This document shows positions 27,658 to 35,419 of a stretch of 39,293 nucleotides of DNA, piece by piece (position 1 is the first letter of the stretch; every line of letters starts with the position of its first letter). The stretch is from Escherichia phage phiv142-3, in the sequence record MN187550.1. One strand, given 5' to 3'. The position numbers and the translations under genes were made by a program. Below the pieces are notes generated by a model that searched no databases, was not told the origin of the DNA, and was given only the letters and a program-made list of their open reading frames with translations.

Positions 27658-27849
27658 CTATTTCACCTTAATCTCAACATTTCGCAGTTTTAGCTCCACT
27701 GGCAGGTCTGACTTTCCGGTTAAAGCTAATGCGAGATTTTCTGGAGTAATGAGAGCTGTTATTGTTTTCCCCATCGCCAGACGAATAATCATTCGTATTT
27801 CGCGATCGTCACATGCTCCTGGTCGAACAATTGATATCTGTCCGTTCAT
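27658..27849 (-). CDS. hypothetical small protein
   Basis: 63 aa from internal ATG (MNGQISIV...) with AGGAG RBS; coupled to the upstream stop. Confidence 0.4.
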   Translation of the reverse strand: MNGQISIVRPGACDDREIRMIIRLAMGKTITALITPENLALALTGKSDLPVELKLRNVEIKVK

Positions 27850-27850
27850 C

Positions 27851-28465
27851 TCACTCTCCTTTGATGCGAATGCCTGCGGCGCGTGGCACATTAACTTCCA
27901 CGATGCGCACAGTTGGTTTGTACATCTCAATCGCAGTCAGCCAGTCAGCGCCAGTCATGCGCTTTTCTGCATCGCCATTAGTCCACTTAACCGGTACACC
28001 AATAGCCTTCATCGCGATTTCTATTTCCCCGGCAATGGCGCTTTTTCCGCAACCAGTAAAACCAGATACAACGACCAGAACTTCACCTTTGGCTGGTTTT
28101 ATTTCCCGCTCCTCCAGTTCTGCTATGCGCTTACTTCCATCCGAGATAACACCTTCGTAATACTCACGCTGCTCGTTGAGTTTTGATTTTGCTTCCTCAA
28201 GTTCAACGCGCAGCTTCCCTACCGTTAGTGCAATATCCTCGTTCTCCTGGTCGCGGCGTTTTATGTATTGCTGGTTTCTTTCCCGTTCATCCAGCAGCGC
28301 CAGCACAATGTGTGGCGTTATCAAGGACTCAAATTCGGCAACAGCTTGCTCACCTCGCTTGTAATTCTTAATCCCACCTAAATCTTTCGCGTTCTGTGCC
28401 GCCTCACGCAGCGCCAGTGTGTCGATGTCGATGTCGATGTCGATGTCGATGTCGATGTTGCTCAT
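27851..28465 (-). CDS. Ead/Ea22-like early protein with N-terminal (Asp-Ile)6 repeat
   Basis: 204 aa starting MSNIDIDIDIDIDTL...; coiled-coil-like middle region; GGAGG RBS; ATGA overlap with the upstream gene. Confidence 0.55.
   Translation of the reverse strand: MSNIDIDIDIDIDIDTLALREAAQNAKDLGGIKNYKRGEQAVAEFESLITPHIVLALLDERERNQQYIKRRDQENEDIALTVGKLRVELEEAKSKLNEQREYYEGVISDGSKRIAELEEREIKPAKGEVLVVVSGFTGCGKSAIAGEIEIAMKAIGVPVKWTNGDAEKRMTGADWLTAIEMYKPTVRIVEVNVPRAAGIRIKGE
28421..28456. repeat. perfect hexanucleotide tandem repeat (GTCGAT)6
   Basis: Six exact tandem copies read directly; encodes the (DI)n tract at codons 4-15 of the Ead-like gene. Confidence 0.9.
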
Positions 28466-28695
28466 TGTGCCTCCTCGATTTCGTCCCATTCCACCCAGGC
28501 ATTCTCTCCATCAGCATCGATTTCACCTTTGTGACCGCATTTGGAACAAACGGCCTCATCACCCGCCCACAAAGAATCTTTGGTTACCGACCATCCTGTT
28601 ACCCTGGCTTTGCCGTGCTGGCACCTAGGGCAATCATCAAGCCATTCGACTTCGACCGTTGAAGGACCAAATCCATGTTCAGTTCGGATGCTCAT
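28462..28695 (-). CDS. small zinc-ribbon protein
   Basis: 77 aa from internal ATG (MSIRTEHG...); two CxxC pairs (CPRCQHG...CSKCGHKG). Confidence 0.5.
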   Translation of the reverse strand: MSIRTEHGFGPSTVEVEWLDDCPRCQHGKARVTGWSVTKDSLWAGDEAVCSKCGHKGEIDADGENAWVEWDEIEEAQ

Positions 28696-29492
28696 GACTG
28701 AACTCCTTTGCGAATCTGTTCCGCCCATTCTTCAAGGGATTTCTCCGCATATTCACCAGACAGGCCATCAATCGGATGCAGTTCATTAGCCAACTCTTCT
28801 TTCGCTGACAAAATCATGCGTGTAACGTCGAAAACTTCACGCAAAGACTTATTGATAAATCCGTGATTGAACGCAGCAGCAAGACGGCTTGCGGTATAGT
28901 TAATCCCCTCGTTGCGTGCTTCCGCACGTACTTCAGCAAGGAAGGCATCGGTGGCTGGGGTTTCGACATTAGGTCGAAGCTCATAATCACAAACTCTTTC
29001 AATCCATGGTGATACTCTGTCGCATTTCCTCTTCTTGCGTTCACCGACCTTGGTTGCCTGCTGAATAATTACCCCCCAGCAAATGCTTTCGACCTCTTCG
29101 CTCCATCCATCGCAAGCATCGCCTCTATAGTCGTCAATTGCAGCCTCAGCAGCAGCGATAGCCTCCTCAGCAGTTTTGTGACACTCGAAACTAAATTCAG
29201 AGCCATATGAGAAATACATAGCCCCGGCCTTCAGTCTTGCATTCTCCGCCGCCAACGCCGAAAACTTCTCGTGTGCCAACTTAACAGCCGAATCAGCCTG
29301 CTTAATTGACTCAGTCGCTCTCTGGTGGTCTTCGGCCAGCGCATTAGCACGCACCAGTTGCACTTCCAGTTGCGTTGCCAAATCGCTGATCAGCTTTGCC
29401 ACACTGCGCATATCAACGGCACCACATTCTGCTTTCAGTTCCGAAGCCATCTCATGCCCGGCGGCAACTAACCCTTTGATATTACTTTCCAT
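28692..29492 (-). CDS. hypothetical early protein (Ea22-like coiled-coil N-terminus)
   Basis: 266 aa; helical Ala/Glu-rich N-terminal region. Confidence 0.55.
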   Translation of the reverse strand: MESNIKGLVAAGHEMASELKAECGAVDMRSVAKLISDLATQLEVQLVRANALAEDHQRATESIKQADSAVKLAHEKFSALAAENARLKAGAMYFSYGSEFSFECHKTAEEAIAAAEAAIDDYRGDACDGWSEEVESICWGVIIQQATKVGERKKRKCDRVSPWIERVCDYELRPNVETPATDAFLAEVRAEARNEGINYTASRLAAAFNHGFINKSLREVFDVTRMILSAKEELANELHPIDGLSGEYAEKSLEEWAEQIRKGVQS

Positions 29493-29553
29493 CTTTACCC
29501 TCGCTTATCCACATAACTTATTGATTACATTGATAACTAAAAAGATCGTCGAT

Positions 29554-29898
29554 TCAGAAATCTTCGATGTTCCAGCCACCACCTGCTTTCTTTGGTTTAA
29601 CCGTTACCCCGATGATTCGGAACGGATACTGATCTGCGGCGACTTTGGTTTTCACCCTGGCGTCGTCGGTCCAGAAACCTTTCACTTCGTGCAGTTCCAT
29701 CTCGCCGGTGGCGAGCATCACAGCGAAATCTGGCGTATAGAACGTGTTATTAGCTAACCGCAGCTTGATACCCTCGAATCGATACCAGGCGATTTCCCCT
29801 GCACGTTTACGCTGCTCAAGGTGCTGGCAATACGCAGATTCTGTTTTGTTCATCTGGCCTGTTTTGAGTCGACCAAGAGCCTGCATCTGTTTTCTCAT
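29554..29898 (-). CDS. small PD-(D/E)xK-type nuclease-like protein
   Basis: 114 aa with ...YTPDFAV...ELHEVKG... matching the D...ExK nuclease signature; first gene after an operator-flanked promoter. Confidence 0.5.
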   Translation of the reverse strand: MRKQMQALGRLKTGQMNKTESAYCQHLEQRKRAGEIAWYRFEGIKLRLANNTFYTPDFAVMLATGEMELHEVKGFWTDDARVKTKVAADQYPFRIIGVTVKPKKAGGGWNIEDF

Positions 29899-29901
29899 GA
29901 T

Positions 29902-29978
29902 TTACCTCTGAGGTAATTAAAAACCACATAAGACACGAAATCAATAGAGTTTAGAATATTTTATTACCTGACGGGTAA
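29902..29978 (-). promoter_or_regulatory. minus-strand promoter (-35 TTGATT, 17 bp, -10 TTTAAT) bracketed by operators S5b TTACCTCTGAGGTAA (29902-29916) and S5 TTACCTGACGGGTAA (29964-29978)
   Basis: Hexamers read on the minus strand; the two palindromes are 62 bp centre-to-centre; S5b overlaps the -10/+1 and the RBS of the nuclease gene. Confidence 0.55.
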
Positions 29979-30015
29979 TTATTTGAGCGTAAAAAAATGC
30001 GCTATCGCGCTGGTA

Positions 30016-30816
30016 TTACTTGATAAATCCTGCCGCCTTTCCCCGCCTGTATTCCTCCATCAGCCACTGCGCCGGTGTTATTCCCCCAAGGGTGGCGGCG
30101 TTAGGCATGCACCCGAAACTTCGCCCTGGTGGATGGTAAACGTCTCTCCCTGTGTCCGGAGGTGTACTCATGGGTTCTGGCTTTGCCTGTATGCTGATCA
30201 CCGGATCGGGTATCTGCTGTCCGGAAGCCACCTTTTTCGCCCAATCATCGAGCAGCCTGCGCGCGTGTTTCTCAACCTCAATCTCGCTAAGCTGGCGCTG
30301 ATACATTGCACGGCGGGTATCACATACGACCCAGTACATAACCGGATGTCGCCACGGGAATCTTTCGGGACCACCAGGATATAAACTTTTTTCCTTGCTG
30401 TACCGGTGAAACTCCGCCATCACATCGTCAATGGTGACGCCAAGAACCATCTTGCTGTCTTTACACCACTTGATAAATTGCCCTGGCGACGGCCAGAACG
30501 GAGATTCACTGGCGCGGGCGTGGCGCATACCAGCAGAAACCTGTTCACGGGTTCGGATCCCCCCTTCGGCAAACGCAGCAATCCACTGCTGTTTTGCAGC
30601 AACTTCCTGCTCTGGCGTCTTCAGGTTGGTTGCCACTGCCGCCGGAAACAGTTGTTTCAGCTGTTTAAAAAGGGCATCAACAAGCCTCTCTGCTGACATG
30701 TTCACCACATTGTCATTGTTGACGTATTGATGCTCATAACCTGACATGCGAGAAAGGGCTTCTCCGTCACGGTTTTGTATCGCGGTAAAAACGTTGTTCA
30801 CAAGAAATCCTCCCAT
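30016..30816 (-). CDS. replication protein P-like (helicase loader)
   Basis: 266 aa; segment ...EQVSAGMRHARASESPFWPSPGQFIKWCKD... closely parallels lambda P ...EQVNAGMRVARRQNRPFLPSPGQFVAWCRE... (from memory). Confidence 0.75.
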   Translation of the reverse strand: MGGFLVNNVFTAIQNRDGEALSRMSGYEHQYVNNDNVVNMSAERLVDALFKQLKQLFPAAVATNLKTPEQEVAAKQQWIAAFAEGGIRTREQVSAGMRHARASESPFWPSPGQFIKWCKDSKMVLGVTIDDVMAEFHRYSKEKSLYPGGPERFPWRHPVMYWVVCDTRRAMYQRQLSEIEVEKHARRLLDDWAKKVASGQQIPDPVISIQAKPEPMSTPPDTGRDVYHPPGRSFGCMPNAATLGGITPAQWLMEEYRRGKAAGFIK

Positions 30817-31613
30817 GCTTCAGGGCTGTTCCAGTGCGGAACGTTGTTATCAGGTAATGTTGATTGCTTCTGTCTGCTAATCTGCAGCCGCCTTGCCAGC
30901 TTCTGCTCCCACTGTGCCTGATGGTATGCCTTACCCTCAGCCATCCAGTAAATTCTGAACTCTGCAAGTTCCTGTGCCGTTGGCAGACTGTCCAGGTAGA
31001 TCCCCTGCAATGAGCTTTTCCGAAGAAAGTCATCTGATGGCTGCCATTGTTCATGCATGACAAATTTGCCTAATTGCCCTGGCCCACCAGGAGGAACAAA
31101 GTTATTCATCACGGCGTTGTTTGCGCCTGGGTCATGATGCACAGAATCCCCGTTTTTTGTCCTGCTCTCCCTCTCTTGGTTAAATGACTGGTTATATGAC
31201 TGGTTCTGGATCCCGTTTTTGGGATCATTCAACATCCCGTTTTTGGGATCATTCAACATCCCGTTTTTGGGTATATTCCCGTTTTCGGTAACATTACCGT
31301 TTTCGGGTTCATTGCCCCCCTCTCGGTTGCCTTTAATGTTCCCGTTTTTGGTTATATTAAGAGAGAAAACCCGCACTCTTTTTGTCGCTCCCTTTCTCTC
31401 CCCGGTATCTGAAATAAGCCCCATTTTCATGAGCGATATAAGTCCGGCCTGCACGGTTTTTTTATTCAGGCAAGTGTCTTTAACGAGGCGTTCTATGCTG
31501 GGGTAGCAGAGGTTATATTCATCGGCTCTGTCAGCCATCGAGAGCAGTATGAGCTTTAATGACGAGCTACCTGGATCTGTCTCCCAGGCCCAATCTGTTG
31601 CATGTCTGCTCAT
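30798..31613 (-). CDS. replication initiator O-like protein
   Basis: 271 aa; N-terminal HTH-like region, central Asn/Gly-rich repeat (ENGNVTENGNIPKNGMLNDPKNGMLNDPKNG) encoded by DNA iterons, C-terminal domain preceding the P-like gene. Confidence 0.65.
   Translation of the reverse strand: MSRHATDWAWETDPGSSSLKLILLSMADRADEYNLCYPSIERLVKDTCLNKKTVQAGLISLMKMGLISDTGERKGATKRVRVFSLNITKNGNIKGNREGGNEPENGNVTENGNIPKNGMLNDPKNGMLNDPKNGIQNQSYNQSFNQERESRTKNGDSVHHDPGANNAVMNNFVPPGGPGQLGKFVMHEQWQPSDDFLRKSSLQGIYLDSLPTAQELAEFRIYWMAEGKAYHQAQWEQKLARRLQISRQKQSTLPDNNVPHWNSPEAWEDFL
31210..31358. repeat. replication-origin iterons inside the O-like gene
   Basis: Two perfect tandem 24-mers ATCCCGTTTTTGGGATCATTCAAC (31210-31257) plus 3-4 degenerate copies of CCCGTTTT(T/C)GG; each core is itself an inverted repeat (TCCC...GGGA). 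Confidence 0.65.
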
Positions 31614-31628
31614 GATTAATCTCCGCTA

Positions 31629-31829
31629 TCAGCTTGAATGTTGTGGGGAGGAATTAATCATGATCTGCTTAATCTCTGCCCTGATACGACGGTTTGATTC
31701 CATGGTGCACTCAACACAGTGTCCGTTGTAAACCCAGCGTTCACTGTCATGTCCGTGCTTACATGTTTTCCCGGTGTAGTAGCGTTTAAGTCCGCGCTTT
31801 GCGGCATCAATACGTGTAATGATTTCCAT
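31629..31829 (-). CDS. small Cys/His-containing protein at the cII-like position
   Basis: 66 aa from internal ATG (MEIITRID...); CxH...HCxxC pattern; follows a tR1-like terminator. Confidence 0.4.
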   Translation of the reverse strand: MEIITRIDAAKRGLKRYYTGKTCKHGHDSERWVYNGHCVECTMESNRRIRAEIKQIMINSSPQHSS

Positions 31830-31908
31830 GGTAAGCCCTGTTATTAGTATTGGGATTACGGTTATTTTGTGCTGACACAAAAAAAGATCAACCATATTTG
31901 GTTTTTTA

Positions 31909-31957
31909 TTACCTTTGAGGTACGAATAGATATGAAAAGACCGCCGGATGGCGGTCT
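31909..31957 (-). terminator. tR1-like intrinsic terminator after the cro-like gene, plus imperfect operator S6 (TTACCTTTGAGGTAC, 31909-31923)
   Basis: Hairpin AGACCGCC-loop-GGCGGTCT (31938-31957) followed on the minus strand by TTTTC; operator-like site 15 bp further downstream. Confidence 0.5.
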
Positions 31958-31978
31958 ACAGAGGGTTGTGGCTGGATA

Positions 31979-32209
31979 TCATGAGTAGAAGAAGTATGCC
32001 AGTTCTGCTTTTGAGCGCAGCCATTGTCTTGATTTACAGGCTTTAAAAAGCCCATCCATCAATACCTTACCTGGCATTTTGCGCTTACCTGTTAAGTGAG
32101 TCTGGATATAGTGACTCGTCGTTCCGGCTTCCTGTGCGAAGGCTTCACGCTCATCCGGAGTAAGTGCAAGCCAGTGCTTTTTGAAATCGAAATGTCCGTT
32201 ATCGCTCAT
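31979..32209 (-). CDS. Cro-like HTH regulator
   Basis: 76 aa with HTH-like segment ...REAFAQEAGTTSHYIQTHLTGKR...; divergent from the repressor gene across the operator cluster. Confidence 0.55.
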   Translation of the reverse strand: MSDNGHFDFKKHWLALTPDEREAFAQEAGTTSHYIQTHLTGKRKMPGKVLMDGLFKACKSRQWLRSKAELAYFFYS

Positions 32210-32234
32210 AGCTATTGCCTGATATTTATTTCAG

Positions 32235-32308
32235 ATAATAAATATTCACCTATAAGGTAACAAAAATCAAGGATAGTTACCCATGAGGTGCATTTACCTG
32301 TTGGGTAA
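32235..32308. promoter_or_regulatory. divergent switch region with three operator palindromes and the cro-side promoter
   Basis: O1 TCACCTATAAGGTAA (32246-32260), O2 TTACCCATGAGGTGC (32277-32291), O3 TTACCTGTTGGGTAA (32294-32308). Minus-strand promoter -35 TTGTTA (32263-32258) and -10 TATTAT (32240-32235) with O1 inside the spacer. Confidence 0.6.
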
Positions 32309-32363
32309 TATTGCTTTAAATTGAATCATCTTCTGATTCAGATATGAGGCGATTTTCCAGAAA

Positions 32364-32948
32364 ATGAAAAGTATCCAGGACGTCCGCAGGCAAAATCTCA
32401 ACGACTTGATCGACCGTGAATTCAATGGTGTTCAGACGCGGATGGCTGAAAAACTTGGAACTCAGGCAAATCTGGTAAACCGCTGGGCTCTTGGCAAGAA
32501 GGTTATCGGCGACCAGGTTGCGCGAAAAATTGAAGCTGCCGCCAATAAACCCCGTAACTGGCTTGATATCGATCGCTCGCTTTCTCAGGAAGGTTTTCAG
32601 CCTGTCGGCCCGAGTGATATAGGTCAGCTGGCTGCTCACAACCTGGAACGCTGGATGAGCGAAAGCCGCGACCTTTCAACGCAGGGAAAACTACACCGCG
32701 CATCCGGCGTCGCCCAGGTGACAATCAGCCGCCTGTTAAACAATGAGGTCAGCGTTTCCATTTCCACCCTGGAGAATGTTGCATCCGCATTCGGGCGTCA
32801 TGGCTATGAATTACTGATTCACCCGCACGACCCTGCGACTATCAACTATGACCGCTCGCGCTACGCATTGTTACCCGAAACCGAGAAAGCAAAGATCGAA
32901 AGTTACATTGAATTTGTCATCAACCAGAACGAAAAAAACAAACAATAA
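32364..32948 (+). CDS. immunity repressor, tandem-HTH type without a recognisable autopeptidase domain
   Basis: 194 aa; two XRE-like HTH segments (...QTRMAEKLGTQANLVNRWALGKK... and ...LHRASGVAQVTISRLLNNEV...); no Ala-Gly/Ser...Lys S24-like motifs seen; divergent from cro-like gene. Confidence 0.65.
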   Translation: MKSIQDVRRQNLNDLIDREFNGVQTRMAEKLGTQANLVNRWALGKKVIGDQVARKIEAAANKPRNWLDIDRSLSQEGFQPVGPSDIGQLAAHNLERWMSESRDLSTQGKLHRASGVAQVTISRLLNNEVSVSISTLENVASAFGRHGYELLIHPHDPATINYDRSRYALLPETEKAKIESYIEFVINQNEKNKQ

Positions 32949-32968
32949 AATCATATTTTTCAGTAAGT

Positions 32969-32993
32969 AAGCCGCCTTATGGCGGCTTTTTTA
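32969..32993 (+). terminator. intrinsic terminator after the repressor gene (AAGCCGCC-TTAT-GGCGGCTT plus T tract)
   Basis: Hairpin and T tract about 20 nt after the stop codon. Confidence 0.65.
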
Positions 32994-33005
32994 TTGCCTG
33001 TTTGA

Positions 33006-33082
33006 TTACCTAACGGGTAATTTTTTTAACTCATATCTATTGACACCAAACCAGATACGCATAATTATTACCTCAACGGTAA
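33006..33082 (+). promoter_or_regulatory. promoter (-35 TTGACA 33040-33045, -10 AATTAT) bracketed by operators S8 TTACCTAACGGGTAA (33006-33020) and S9 TTACCTCAACGGTAA (33068-33082)
   Basis: Consensus -35 hexamer; S9 fused to the -10; S8 and S9 are 62 bp centre-to-centre, the same spacing as S5/S5b. Confidence 0.6.
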
Positions 33083-33101
33083 CAGACCGAGGTAACAAAT
33101 T

Positions 33102-33263
33102 ATGCAGTGGAAAATCATCAACGGTTGGTACTGCGTTACTGCATGCGGATTCATGAGCTGGAAGTTCCGCACCTTACAGGAAGGCATTAAGTGGGCTTTC
33201 GTCAGCAAAGAAGCTCGCGATGTGGCCAACTATAACGAGATATGGGAGGAGGTTAGCAAATGA
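33102..33263 (+). CDS. hypothetical 53-aa protein, first gene of the rightward operon
   Basis: ATG with GAGGT RBS; MQWKIINGWYCVTACGF...; stop overlaps the next start (ATGA); below the ORF-track size cut-off. Confidence 0.4.
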   Translation: MQWKIINGWYCVTACGFMSWKFRTLQEGIKWAFVSKEARDVANYNEIWEEVSK

Positions 33264-34294
33264 GTGAATTATCAATCATCGAAATCACACCAGATATGGC
33301 ACCAAGAATTTACGTTGAAAAAGGACTGGAAAAGTTTCTCGAGCAGATCCGTGAAGGTGTTAATGAAGTGCCTGACATTAGCACAGACAAAGGCAGAAAG
33401 CGCATTGCATCTCTGGCTGCGAAGGTTTCAAGAAGTAAAACAGCGGTAGAAAAACCAGGACGTGATTATCTGAAACGCCTGAAAGAACAGCCGAAAGTAG
33501 TTGAAGCAGAGTTACGACGCTTCGTAACCGAATGCGATCGGCTTCGTGATGAAGTACGCCGCCCACTCACCGAGTGGGAAAATGCTGAGAAATTACGCAC
33601 TGAAGCACTGCAACAACGCCTGACAAATTTGCGAGCACTGGCTGACGTGATCGATCTCTCCGGAAACTACTTGCCATCAACTGATATTCAGGAACGAATT
33701 CAAGAGGCTAAATCAGTAGCACTTGATGAGAGTTGGCAGGAGTATGCAGCAGAAGCTGGAGTAGCCAAGGATTCAACCATCCAGAAACTGGAAGAATCAC
33801 TCGCAGTAGCTCAAAAACGCGAGCATGAAGCCGCTGAGCTGGAGAGACTTCGCAAAGAAGCGGAGGAAAAAGCGCGCATTGAGCGAGAAGAGAATATCCG
33901 CCGGGAAGCTGCTGAACAGGCCAGGCTCGAAGCTGAACAAAAAGCGAAAGCTGAAATTGATGCTGCGGCACGCCTGGCGGCGGAAGAGAAAGCACGTGCT
34001 GAAGTAGCAGAACGTCAGCGAATTGAAGCAGAGCAGCGTGCACGACGCGAAAAAGAAGAAGCCGTTGCCGAGGAACGCCGACGCCAAGAGGAGGCAGAAA
34101 AAGCCCGCATTGAAGAACAGAAGCGTATCGCCGACGAAGAAGCGCGCCGAGCTGCGGATAAAGAGCATCGCCGTACAGTTAACCGCAGAGTAATCGCAGA
34201 TCTGATAGCCCAAGGCATTCCCGAAGAATTCGCGCAGAAAGCAATGTTGGCTATCGCTGGCGGCAAAGTGCAGGACGCGTATATCAAATATTGA
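33260..34294 (+). CDS. conserved phage protein with long TolA-like charged coiled coil
   Basis: 344 aa; GGAGGAGG RBS; C-terminal half dominated by E/A/R/K heptad-like repeats; upstream of the exonuclease/RecT pair. Confidence 0.6.
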   Translation: MSELSIIEITPDMAPRIYVEKGLEKFLEQIREGVNEVPDISTDKGRKRIASLAAKVSRSKTAVEKPGRDYLKRLKEQPKVVEAELRRFVTECDRLRDEVRRPLTEWENAEKLRTEALQQRLTNLRALADVIDLSGNYLPSTDIQERIQEAKSVALDESWQEYAAEAGVAKDSTIQKLEESLAVAQKREHEAAELERLRKEAEEKARIEREENIRREAAEQARLEAEQKAKAEIDAAARLAAEEKARAEVAERQRIEAEQRARREKEEAVAEERRRQEEAEKARIEEQKRIADEEARRAADKEHRRTVNRRVIADLIAQGIPEEFAQKAMLAIAGGKVQDAYIKY

Positions 34295-34301
34295 GGTGGG
34301 T

Positions 34302-34601
34302 ATGAACGTTAATCAGCAGAAAAATCTTCAAAAAATCATGCTGGCATTCGACAAGGACTACCGCCTGTCAGAACAGCTATATGACCGACAAGTTGAACTG
34401 ATTGAGACCATCCGGCTTCATCAACTGGCCTCAACTTTTGACGCTGTAACAGGCAAAGGAGTTCGCCAGGAAGTGCTAGAGGCTGCTAAAGACAGCCCTG
34501 AGTTCGAAGAACTGATGGATGCCTACCGGCGCGAGGCAATGGCAATTATCGCCCGCTGGGATCTGGCGGATCGGATTGATGGGCAGAGGGAAGCGGCATG
34601 A
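34302..34601 (+). CDS. hypothetical protein
   Basis: 99 aa from the ATG at 34302 (GAGGTGGG RBS); the track ORF begins at a GTG at 34296. Confidence 0.45.
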   Translation: MNVNQQKNLQKIMLAFDKDYRLSEQLYDRQVELIETIRLHQLASTFDAVTGKGVRQEVLEAAKDSPEFEELMDAYRREAMAIIARWDLADRIDGQREAA

Positions 34602-35419
34602 AACCGGGAATTTATTTCGACATCAGCAACGAAGACTACCACGCCGGTGACGGCGTGAGTAAGTCGCAACTGGACATGGTTGCCAAGAATCCGGCGCTTC
34701 TTAAATGGGTTCAGGCAGCACCAGAAGACGAAGAGAAAAAGTCTGCACTGGATATGGGAACCGCATTGCACTGTCTGCTTCTGGAGCCTGGAGAATTCGA
34801 CAAACGCTTCATTGTTTCACCGAAGTTCGATCGTCGGACAAAACAAGGTAAAGCTGACGAAGAAGCATTTCTTCGTGATGTGGCGGATATGGGTATTACG
34901 GTACTTGATGTCGAGCAGTGGCGAAAACTGGAGCTGATGCGTGATAGCGCAATGGCTCACCCGGCGGCACGCTGGATGCTGGAAGCACCTGGTTACTGCG
35001 AAGCATCAATGTACTGGAACGATGAAGAGACGGGTGAGTTGTGCCGAATTCGTCCAGACAAATGGCTGAACGAGCACAACGTGATCGTCGACGTGAAAAA
35101 GGTTGCAGATATGGACCGTTTTGCACGCCACATCGAGGAATTCCGCTACCACGTGCAGGACGCAATGTACCGCGAAGGCGCAATGAGGGTTACTGGTCAG
35201 CCGCATGGTTTTTTCTTTCTTGCCGTGAGCGAAAGCATTGATTGTGGTCGGTATCCGGTACGCGTGTTCGAGCTGGATGCGCCAGATGTCGATGCCGGGC
35301 ACGCTCTGTTCCGCCGGGATCTGAATACCTATCACGAATGCCGCATCAACGATGAATGGGGCGGAGTGGAAATTATTAAACGCCCTGACTGGGCACGTAA
35401 ACAGGATATGTACGTATGA
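34598..35419 (+). CDS. PD-(D/E)xK-family exonuclease-like recombination protein
   Basis: 273 aa; ...CRIRPDKW...VIVDVKKV... fits a D...D/E-x-K nuclease core; translationally coupled to the downstream RecT-like gene. Confidence 0.55.
   Translation: MKPGIYFDISNEDYHAGDGVSKSQLDMVAKNPALLKWVQAAPEDEEKKSALDMGTALHCLLLEPGEFDKRFIVSPKFDRRTKQGKADEEAFLRDVADMGITVLDVEQWRKLELMRDSAMAHPAARWMLEAPGYCEASMYWNDEETGELCRIRPDKWLNEHNVIVDVKKVADMDRFARHIEEFRYHVQDAMYREGAMRVTGQPHGFFFLAVSESIDCGRYPVRVFELDAPDVDAGHALFRRDLNTYHECRINDEWGGVEIIKRPDWARKQDMYV

Noticed and set aside
28421-28456. Possible CRISPR array
   Set aside because: The repeat unit is a 6-bp perfect tandem without spacers and lies inside a coding sequence; no repeat-spacer architecture exists anywhere in the window.
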